Source of the DNA: Nitrospirota bacterium | GTDB lineage: Bacteria; Nitrospirota; UBA9217 | Direction of reading: 5' to 3' | Length of the DNA: 64,000 nt | NCBI GenBank assembly: GCA_963796285.1 | Contig: CAWCKW010000006.1 | Location: 64,001-128,000 of the forward strand | In this document: positions 32,362 to 40,733 of the stretch, in pieces | How positions within the stretch are numbered: position 1 is the stretch's first letter | How the letters are laid out: every line of letters starts with the position of its first letter | Notes under the pieces: generated by a model | What the model was told of the DNA's origin: nothing | The model's input: only the letters and a program-made list of their open reading frames with translations | The model's database searches: none | Translations under genes and position numbers: made by a program

Positions 32362-33042
32362 ATGGAAAAACTTCTCATCGTTGCCGTGTATGCAGTGTAC
32401 GCGGCATTCTGGCTGCGGTTCTTGGGGCATGCCCTCGTGTGGTGGAAAGCCACGCAGCGGTTCATGGAACCCATTGCTCCCCGGACACGGGCGAAGGCCT
32501 GTGCGCTCACGGCCACTGATGTGGTGTTCTTCAACAGGCTCTTCTGGGTGAACCCAGGGCTTTGGTTCGGTGAATGGCTCTTTCACGCCACCTTGACGCT
32601 TGTGTTCCTGCGCCACCTCAGGTTTGTCCTGGACCCGGTGCCGGCCTGTATCTGGTGGGTACAGACGCCAGGGCTGATCGCGGGCTATCTTCTGCCCGTG
32701 TCACTCGGATACATCCTGATCATCCGGCTGCTCACCAACCAGGAGAAGTATGCTGCTCCTGGGAACGTTTTTCTCCTCGGTCTGGTGCTCGTCATCAGCT
32801 GCGTCGGTCTTCTCATGCAGGCGCTGTTCAAACCCGACCTCGTCGGCGTGAAGCTGTTCATTCTCAGCTTTACCGGCTTTACTCCGGCGGCCGTACCTCA
32901 TAGCCTTTTGTTCGTACTGCATTTCAGCCTCGTTCTGGTCCTGGTCCCCTTCCTGCCCACGCACATCTTCACGGCCCCGCTGGTGATGATGGAGGCCAGG
33001 AAGCGGGAGCAAGCGCTTCGCCTGGTGATCCATGAAGAATGA
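32362..33042 (+). CDS. NarI/DsrM/HdrE-like membrane cytochrome b subunit
   Basis: About five TM helices; His pairs in WLFHATLTLVFLRH and VLHFSL...LPTHIF. Confidence 0.75.
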   Translation: MEKLLIVAVYAVYAAFWLRFLGHALVWWKATQRFMEPIAPRTRAKACALTATDVVFFNRLFWVNPGLWFGEWLFHATLTLVFLRHLRFVLDPVPACIWWVQTPGLIAGYLLPVSLGYILIIRLLTNQEKYAAPGNVFLLGLVLVISCVGLLMQALFKPDLVGVKLFILSFTGFTPAAVPHSLLFVLHFSLVLVLVPFLPTHIFTAPLVMMEARKREQALRLVIHEE

Positions 33043-34235
33043 CCGGTCCTTCACTGAAGAGCTTTCATCCAGACAGGTCCTCGAGATCGACGCCTGCACG
33101 CAGTGCGGCGAGTGCCTGAAACACTGCCCGGTGCAGGACGTGACGGGCAACCCCGCGGTCTCGCCGCCCGAAAAGATCCGCATGTTCCGCGAGTTCATCC
33201 GCGCAACCGACGGGCTCAAGGCAAAGCTCTTCGGCCCGGGCGAGGTGGACCGGAAACTGCTCGAGGATTTCACGAAGGCCGTGTATGAATGCACCACCTG
33301 CGGCGCGTGCGGTCAGAACTGCCCGGTCGGCATCTTTACGCAGCGGCTCTGGCCCATGCTCAGAAAAGAGATGGTGAAACGCGGCCTCGGGCCGATCGGC
33401 GTCCAGGCTGACCTGCCGAACGCGATCCGAACATTCCGGCAATCCCTATGACAAACCTGCGGCAAACCGGTATGCGCCCTGGTTCCCGGAGCAGGTGAAG
33501 CTCGTGGAGCGTTCAGCGATCGCCTACTACGCCGGGTGCACGGGCGCCTACGAATCACAGCCCATGGTCAGGGGAGACGTGCTCGTACTGAACGCGATCG
33601 GAGAGCCCTTTACCATGCTGCCGCCGGAAGAAGAGGTGTGCTGCGGATTTCCACTCTTCATCACAGGACAGCACGATCTGCTCAAGGAGCTCGTCACGAG
33701 GCTCGTGGAGGGATATACGGCGCGCGGCGTCAAGATGCTGGTCTGCTCCTGTCCCTGCTGCGTGAACATCATGGCCCGGGACTGGCCCCTGATCTACGGC
33801 GCGGCGCTGCCGTTCAAGATACGGCATATCACGCAGTATGTTTCGGAGGCGATCCAGCAGGGCAGACTGCGCGTGAACAAGGAACTGCATGAGTCCGTGA
33901 TCTACCACGATCCCTGTTACCTCAGCAGGGGTGTGGGCGTGATCGAGGAGCCGCGCAGCGTGCTCAAAAGCATCCCCGGAGTCACGCTCCTGGAGTTCGA
34001 GCGGCATGGCCTGAACTCGCGATGCTGCGGTTCCGGCGGCGCGGCCCGCAAGGTCTTTCACGAGAACGCCATCAAGATGGGCAGACAGACCATTGACGAG
34101 GCCGTGGCAAAAAAGGCCGACCGCCTGATCTTGAGCTGCCCCGCCTGTTATGCCAAGGTGAACGAGGCCATGCAGGGTTATGATAAGCAGATCCGCATCA
34201 CGGACATCATGGAGCTGATGAGCGGGTTGATTTGA
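33032..34235 (+). CDS. HdrD-like Fe-S oxidoreductase (2x[4Fe-4S] + 2 CCG domains), frameshift near 33434
   Basis: CTQCGECLKHCP, CTTCGACGQNCP, SGNPY after repair, YYAGC-CCGFP-CPCC, YHDPC-CCGSGG-CPAC. Confidence 0.85.
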
Positions 34236-34246
34236 TAATGAATGCG

Positions 34247-34324
34247 TCTCGCGCAAAGCCGCAAAGGGCGCAACGAAAATAAAGACGTGAATTATTAGTT
34301 CTTTCTCTGTGTCTTTGCGCGAAA
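34247..34324. repeat. Staggered dyad repeat, same family as 3315-3447
   Basis: TCTCGCGCAAAGCCGCAAAGGGCGCAACG ... CTTTCTCTGTGTCTTTGCGCGAAA. Confidence 0.7.
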
Positions 34325-34344
34325 ATTGAATTAAGGACTTAATC

Positions 34345-35605
34345 ATGAGCCATTTTTCCATTCAATGCAAAAAGTGCGGTAAGAACCTCGAGAACACCTT
34401 CTGCGCCTTCTGCGAACACTGCAAGGACGCGCTCCTCGTGACGAATTATCACGGCACCCGTTTTGCGGAACAGGGGACTGAGGGAATCTGGAGGTTCAAT
34501 TGGCTTCCCGTCCATGGTTCGCGATTCTCCCAGCCGGGTCCGCTGGTGTATCGTTCGCAGCGTCTTGCCGAGCATCTTGGCCTGGAGAATCTTTACATTG
34601 CTTTCAACGGGTACTGGCCCGAGAAAGGGGTGTTCCTTGAGACGTGCACGTTCAAGGAGTTCGAGGCCGCCGTGGTGCTTCAGAACGCCCGGGAGAACGG
34701 CATTGAAGGCCTGATCGTCGCATCCGCCGGGAACACGGCGCGGGCCTTCTCGCACCTTTCTTCGGTGACGGGATTTCCCGTCGTCATTGTCGTACCGCGG
34801 ATGTGCCTCACGGAGATGTGGTACCTCGAACAATCGTCCACAGTGCCTACTCTCGCGGTGGGGGACGGCGATTACGCGGACTCTATCGATGTCGCGAAGA
34901 AGATCGCGCTCATCACGGGGTTCCCGTTCGAAGGCGGGGTGAAGAACATTGCCAAGCGAGACGGCCTCGGCATCGTGATGCTCGAAGCGGTTTCGAAGAT
35001 AGGAAAACTGCCGGACCACTACGTTCAGGCCGTGGGAAGCGGCACCGGCGCTATCGGCGCGTGGGAGATGGCCGAGAGGTTCATTAAGGACGGCAGGTTC
35101 GGCTCTCGCTTGCCGATCCTCCATCTCGGACAGAACCTCCCTTTTGCGCCGATGCTTCATGCATGGGACAAGGGCAGCCGCGCGCTGTTCCCCGAAGACC
35201 TGAATCCGGAGCTGATCGCGCAAATCACTACCCGCGTGCTCTCGACCCGCTATCCCGCATATTCGGTTCAAGGGGGATGTGTTCGATGCGCTCGCGGCAA
35301 CCAGCGGAAAGATGTACGGCATTGAGAATGACGCCGTGTATGCCGGGATGGAACTATTTCTGAAGACCGAAGGCATCGACATCGTTCCCGCCTCGGGCGT
35401 GGCCGTTGCCGTGCTCGGCGACGCCGTGCGGAAAGGCGCGATCAAAAAGAACGAGACAGTCCTTTTGAACATCACAGGCGGAGGAGAAGCGCGGCTGAGA
35501 CAGGTTAAGAAGACCTATGCCGTGGAGCCGAAGTTTATCTCTAAAAACGCGACAGACAAGGACATCGAGGAGCTTTTGTGCCACACCCTGAAGAAGATCT
35601 CATAG
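34345..35605 (+). CDS. Cysteate synthase (PLP, threonine-synthase-like), frameshift in a G-run near 35275
   Basis: N-terminal CxxC pairs, FNGYWPE, TCTFKEFEA, ASAGNTARAF, EGGVKNIAKRDG, QAVGSGTG, QNLPFAPM, FDAL, LLNITGGG. Confidence 0.85.
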
Positions 35606-36715
35606 CCATACTCAAGAAGCACTCGGTGGATTTCACCGCTTCCCTTCCCTGCGAGAAGATCAAGACCCTTCTCGAGATGATTGGCCAGCAGTTCACGCAC
35701 CTGCCATTGACCCGCGAAGAGGAAGGGGTGGGCATCTGCGCCGGTGCAGCGCTCTCGGGAAGACGACCGGCCATGTTCGTTCAAAGCTCGGGCATCGGGA
35801 ACATGCTCAACGCGCTCCTGTCCCTCACGCAGTTCTATGAGCTCCCGCTCGCGATCTTCGTGAGCCAGCGGGGCGATCTACAAAGAGAAGATCGAAGCCC
35901 AGTTCCCCATGGGCCAACGGCTCCCCGGCATACTCTCCGGCGCAGGCATCGCCTATACCGAGATAAAAAGCAGCCAGGATATCAGCAAAGTGGACCAGGA
36001 GCTTGCGGAAGTGTTCGGCAAGAATAGAATTCACGCGTTCCTGATGAGCCCTGCGATATGGGAAGGGTCGGAATGCGGAGTTCGGAGCGCAGCATGCGGA
36101 ACAAGGACATCAACTGCAAAGGAACCTGCGTCAAGGCCCATGCCTGGTGTATCAAGGCCGACGTTGACACGATTCGACATCATCAAGATCCTCGCGCCAT
36201 ACCTTGAGGGCAAGGCAGTCGTGAGCAATCTCGGATGGCCTTCCAAGGAACTGTTTGCCATCAAGCATCAACCATCGAACTTCTACATGCTCGGCAGCAT
36301 GGGCATGGCAACGCCCATCGGCCTGGGCATGGCGCTCACCTCATCGAAAGAGATCATCGTCATCGACGGCGACGGAAGCCTGCTCATGAACCCCGGCACG
36401 CTCGCAACAGCAGCTTACGCTGCTCCGCGCAATCTGACCATCATCGCGATCGACAACGGCGCCTACGGCTCCACGGGAAACCAGCCGACGCTTGCGGCAT
36501 CATGCGTTGATCTCGAAGCCGTCGCGCAAGGGTTCGGGTTCAGGAACACGGTGAAGGTTGCGACCGAAGAGCAGATTGTGGAAGTGATGAAGAAACAGCG
36601 GAAGGGGCCGCGTTTTATTCATGTCCTGGCGATTCCGGGGAACAAGGACATCCCGAATATTCCGATCCCTCATATGGAGATCAAACAACGGGTGCAGGAG
36701 TTTCTAAGAACGTGA
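35578..36715 (+). CDS. comDE: Fused sulfopyruvate decarboxylase ComD-ComE, frameshift near 35876
   Basis: SLPCEKI, LTREEEGVGICAGA, QSSGIGN, repaired SQRGIYKEKIEAQFPMG, SNLGWPSKEL, NFYMLGSMG, IDGDGSLLMN, DNGAYGSTGNQ. Confidence 0.87.
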
Positions 36716-37230
36716 TCTGCTTACCATTAATACAACGGGGCATTCATCACCGGAAAGAGGATGAGGATACAACTCGAAATATTACTCGCCCTTTTAACTG
36801 GTTTTTGCTTTGTTCACGTACAAGGTTGCACTGCAGGCCTGTCGAAAATGCTGCGAACTTCTTGTTGAAAGGTACATCGAATGCGCAGGTCAAACCATGA
36901 TTTTACTCAGCATGCATCTCACAGGTGAGAGGAAGGTCTTACCTTGGGTTTTGAGTTATCTTGAGGCCGATCCCGATCTCTTTGCCACAGCAGACACTTT
37001 AGGCTACCTTCTCTGATTCTCTTGAAGGCTTGCACACCGTATCTTGCCTAAGGCCGATGAAAACGTGTTACCTCTGCCTCAAAACCCAAGGTAATTCTAT
37101 AAATCTGCAGATGTTTTGTTATAAAGTTCTCAATTATAGCATTGAGGATATTAAATGAAATCATTAATCGCATCAACATCGCTTATTTAAACTGCAAGGT
37201 TGCCTGTCATTTGCAGCCAATTTTTGTTCC

Positions 37231-37547
37231 TTATACCTTCTCTGCAGCAGCCTGCTTATTACGCATAGTAGATGGAACGGAGACTGCAACTCCCGCCACC
37301 GTGCCCGAAGCCCGCCGACCACGAGGCAGACCGCTGCTGCGCAGGCGATCCCGACCACGATCCCCATCACGATTATTGCCCGCGCTATGAGGGTCGGCTC
37401 AACTGTCCCGCCCATCAGTTTCTGGAGCAGGATCAGCGTCCCGAAGCTGCCGAAGTAGAACCCCGGCATGATCCCGAATACCAGAAACACCACCCCCCCT
37501 ATTGATGCTCCGATCTTCATTCCTGTTTTGACTGTCTCGTTCTTCAT
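37231..37547 (-). CDS. Small Gly-rich membrane protein (paralogue 2), indel near 37308
   Basis: GASIGGVVFLVFGIMPGFYFG; repaired C-terminus GTVAGVAVSVPSTMRNKQAAAEKV*; AAGGAG RBS. Confidence 0.65.
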
Positions 37548-37607
37548 GGCGAATCTCCTTTCAGCCGCAGCTGTTATATTTTGTTGAATAGTATCTTGCC
37601 CCTCTGT

Positions 37608-37928
37608 TTATCTCTGGCCTGCTTTTGCTTCTTCCGGCTCTTTGGCATGCGTGCCCGATTCAAGGGCCTTGCCGACAAGCCAGCCGACCGTTGATGTGGC
37701 CGTTACCATCACGATGCCGGCTACCAGAACTCCGAGGAGCATGGATGCGAGTACGATGACCCTCGATACCAGTCCCGGCTGGAGGGGAAGCCCAAAGAAC
37801 CATCCCGCGATATTGATGCCCATCGCGCCGCCCAGCAGGCTGCCCGGCAGAAGCCCAAAGAGCGCGAAGAGCACCAGTCCTGCGCCTGCCCCGATGTATG
37901 CTGTCTTTCTTGCTATTGTGGTCTTCAT
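37608..37928 (-). CDS. Small Gly-rich membrane protein (paralogue 1)
   Basis: GAGAGLVLFALFGLLPGSLLGG, aligns with its neighbour; AAGGAGG RBS. Confidence 0.75.
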   Translation of the reverse strand: MKTTIARKTAYIGAGAGLVLFALFGLLPGSLLGGAMGINIAGWFFGLPLQPGLVSRVIVLASMLLGVLVAGIVMVTATSTVGWLVGKALESGTHAKEPEEAKAGQR

Positions 37929-37966
37929 TGTCGTTTCCTCCTTTTCGTTCGTCTTGTCTGGGTAAT

Positions 37967-37983
37967 TGCATCATACGTGCCAA
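37967..37983 (-). promoter_or_regulatory. Sigma54 promoter
   Basis: Minus-strand TTGGCACGTATGATGCA, GG-N10-GC, near consensus. Confidence 0.75.
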
Positions 37984-38129
37984 AAGGTAAGGTCCTGAAT
38001 TTGCTGGAAGGAGGTACTGATAACGTTTTGCAGAAGTGAGAAAAGAAGGTTTATTTTAATAGAGATGCAAAAAGCTGTTCCAAGCAGCGCTGGCTACAGA
38101 TTACTCAAGCCGTTATTGCTAAACGTATC

Positions 38130-38384
38130 TTAATATGGCGGCTTGAAACAGGGATTAAGCCCCTTTAACGTTTGTTCTTTATGGACCGCGTCCATAAGCA
38201 CCTGACCGCTGCTTTCCAACAGGCTAGATGCTGAAAATTGCGCCCAACTTTGCACTTTCATGAGTCTGGCCACCCGATTACCGATCATTTTCCTCGCATC
38301 CGGCGTAACGGTTACACATGATGCGCTTTTGCAACAATATTCCGAATAACAGCAGCTGGTATTGCTACATTTGTCGTTATCCAT
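38130..38384 (-). CDS. Hypothetical Cys-rich small protein
   Basis: CSNTSCCYSEYCCKSASC motif; AT-rich context, weak RBS. Confidence 0.3.
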   Translation of the reverse strand: MDNDKCSNTSCCYSEYCCKSASCVTVTPDARKMIGNRVARLMKVQSWAQFSASSLLESSGQVLMDAVHKEQTLKGLNPCFKPPY

Positions 38385-38632
38385 AGTACCCACCCTTTTG
38401 CTCCCAAAATACTCATTCTGGTTATTGATTCAATAATGAGTGGCTGATTTTATCCCGGACTGTCTATGTTGTAAAGAATATTTTCGGGGTATGCGCCGAT
38501 AATAATTCGTGACGTACTATGCAATTACAAGAATACGCAGTTATTGTGAGATTCCGGAAGGACTCTGCATTCCGTCAATGTATCTTAATATAAAACAGCA
38601 TAAAGTTATGTTAAAATGGTTCGAGTCAATAT

Positions 38633-38656
38633 TGGCTCCCCATGCTGGACTCGAAC
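38633..38656 (-). other. tRNA 3'-end-like fragment (possible att scar)
   Basis: Minus strand GTTCGAGTCCAGCATGGGGAGCCA = T-loop plus acceptor 3' strand plus CCA, with no 5' half. Confidence 0.45.
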
Positions 38657-38787
38657 TGAACCATCGCAGACGAATTATACGTGAAAGTTGAAGATTCAAA
38701 AGGGTGCGCCACTGCGGCTTTAAGGAAGAATGAATGTACGATGAGGTGTTTCTTAGATGATCATCCCCGCATCGTTACTGCACGTTA

Positions 38788-39390
38788 CTATAATCTGCCC
38801 GTCTTCTGATACTCCTGCACGTAGACCTTGATGGCCCTGAGGATCAACCAGTCCACGGAAACACTATTGTCTAGTGCGATTTGCAGCAATGCATCGACCT
38901 GGTCCTTGTCAATGGCAGGCTGGGCAGGCGACGGCGCTGCGATTGCTTCTTCCGTCGTGCCGGGATCTGATCCGGGTGTCCGCTTGCAGTGTTCTTGTCG
39001 AAGGAGTCCCATCAGGCTTTTTACATCACCACCCTCGATCGCTTTTCTTACTTCCTCTAGAACTTCTGCCGGCGCTTCTGCCGCAGGCAACACCTGCTCC
39101 GTGGGCACGCTTGCTGATGACTGCGGCTGTTGCTCCTCAGGAGATTGTACGGTTGGGACACTTCCCATAGGCATCATGCCGGTCATTCCCATCATCATGC
39201 TGGCCAGTTTCCTTGCATATTCATTGTCAGGCATCTCCTGCTTGATAAAGTCATCAAGCTTTCCCTCAGCCATGGCACCAGCCATGCGGTCCGCCAGCAA
39301 CGCCGCCTGTTCATCCGGCTGTTCAAATCTGTTTTTTCTTCCAAAGGCGGAATTCGGCGGCTTTGGAAGTGGATTATCGTTCTTTGTCAT
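38788..39390 (-). CDS. Hypothetical protein with possible C-terminal ribbon-helix-helix
   Basis: GGAGG RBS; Met/Pro-rich linkers; C-terminus IDKDQVDALLQIALDNSVSVDWLILRAIKVYV. Confidence 0.6.
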   Translation of the reverse strand: MTKNDNPLPKPPNSAFGRKNRFEQPDEQAALLADRMAGAMAEGKLDDFIKQEMPDNEYARKLASMMMGMTGMMPMGSVPTVQSPEEQQPQSSASVPTEQVLPAAEAPAEVLEEVRKAIEGGDVKSLMGLLRQEHCKRTPGSDPGTTEEAIAAPSPAQPAIDKDQVDALLQIALDNSVSVDWLILRAIKVYVQEYQKTGRL

Positions 39391-39503
39391 TAGTTCTGCC
39401 TCCCGGGCAGCAAACAAGGTTTCGTTCGTATCCTGACGCGTACTGCAGATCGCTGAAAATTGCCTTCGCTGTTATTGCAGGAGCGCTTCTTTCGACGCGG
39501 CAA

Positions 39504-39555
39504 TCCTGCACCATCTGATTTATCCAACCGTGCGATGGCTTCAGATGGTGCAGGA
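39504..39555. repeat. 15-bp perfect inverted repeat
   Basis: TCCTGCACCATCTGA-N22-TCAGATGGTGCAGGA. Confidence 0.7.
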
Positions 39556-39785
39556 CATTATAGACCCTCGGTGTGATAATGTCTAGACATATGCGGAGAA
39601 CCAGGCCACGGTCTCCCGCAGTGAGTTCTCTGCCGCGAGCGGCACCATCTGGGCGAATATGCAGATATAAGCACTTCCCCTAATAAACAGCCGCGGATAC
39701 GGATGAAATCGGTTTTTTCTTTGGCTTTTAAATCACCCATTCAGTGTCCACATGCTTTTTTAGGCCAATAGGACGAATTTTACAG

Positions 39786-39873
39786 TTGCAGTCTGCGTTC
39801 AGAAAAGGTACATTGTACCATTCAAGCTAAGGAACAGCGCGCAAACAGGGAAGTGTTTCCCTGGTTTTTTTTT
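39786..39873 (+). promoter_or_regulatory. Sigma70-like promoter followed by a leader terminator upstream of the FKBP gene
   Basis: TTGCAG-N17-TACATT, then CAGGGAA-GTGT-TTCCCTG-G-T9. Confidence 0.5.
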
Positions 39874-39899
39874 CAACAACAGATCCAAAGGAGAGCACC

Positions 39900-40328
39900 A
39901 TGACACAGGCAAAACAGGGAGATATTGTTAAGTTGCACTACATGGGCAAACTGCCGGACGGGACCATTTTCGATACGTCCCGTGAACGCCATCCTTTGCA
40001 GTTCACCATCGGCAAGGGACAGGTGATCGCCGGCTTCGAACAGGCCGTGATCGGCATGAAGATCGGGGAGTCGAAGACCGCGAGAATCCCGATGGAGCAG
40101 GCCTACGGTCCCCATCGCGAGGACATGGTCGTGACGATGGACCGCAGCAAGCTGCCGCCGGGCTTGAATCCGATGGTCGGCCAACGGCTCGAACTCACCC
40201 AAGTCGATGACCAGACCTCCCTGGTCACGGTAACGAATGTGACCGAATCCACCTTGACACTCGATGCCAACCATCCCCTGGCCGGTAAAGAGCTGACCTT
40301 TGATCTTGAACTGGTCGGGATCCTGTAA
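39900..40328 (+). CDS. FKBP-type peptidyl-prolyl isomerase (short SlyD/FkpB type)
   Basis: GDIVKLHY, DGTIFDTS, VIAGFE, AYG, LDANHPLAGKELTF. Confidence 0.92.
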   Translation: MTQAKQGDIVKLHYMGKLPDGTIFDTSRERHPLQFTIGKGQVIAGFEQAVIGMKIGESKTARIPMEQAYGPHREDMVVTMDRSKLPPGLNPMVGQRLELTQVDDQTSLVTVTNVTESTLTLDANHPLAGKELTFDLELVGIL

Positions 40329-40343
40329 AGAACCGACTGATTT

Positions 40344-40571
40344 ATGCGGAAGATCCCGACCGACAACGTCACCCTGACAGAGCGACTCGCATATGCGACC
40401 ACGCCTGATGGGTACTCGGTCCATGACACAATAGCCATAGACATCAACATGTCGCCGAACTCTCCGGATAAGCACTACAACGCGCTCGTCAAGGTCACTG
40501 ACCAGTGCACCATGAAGAAGACCCTTCTACACCCGCCGAAATTCGCGATCAAGATCATGCTTCAGCAATAA
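40344..40571 (+). pseudogene. OsmC-family C-terminal fragment
   Basis: RKIPTD...PDKHYNALVKVTDQCTMKKTLLHPPKF resembles the OsmC C-half; N-half absent. Confidence 0.45.
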
Positions 40572-40733
40572 TCCCTTCAAAAGTACATCAAGTCCTGATA
40601 TACTATTACTATATGCTCAACCGCCCGTACTCCTCATTTCCCCTTGGGAAGAATGCCGGAGCAAGGGGGGAGGGCTGAACCTTCCCCAACAAGGGTGAGG
40701 AAGCCCAAGCTAACCGTGAATTACAAAATTACC

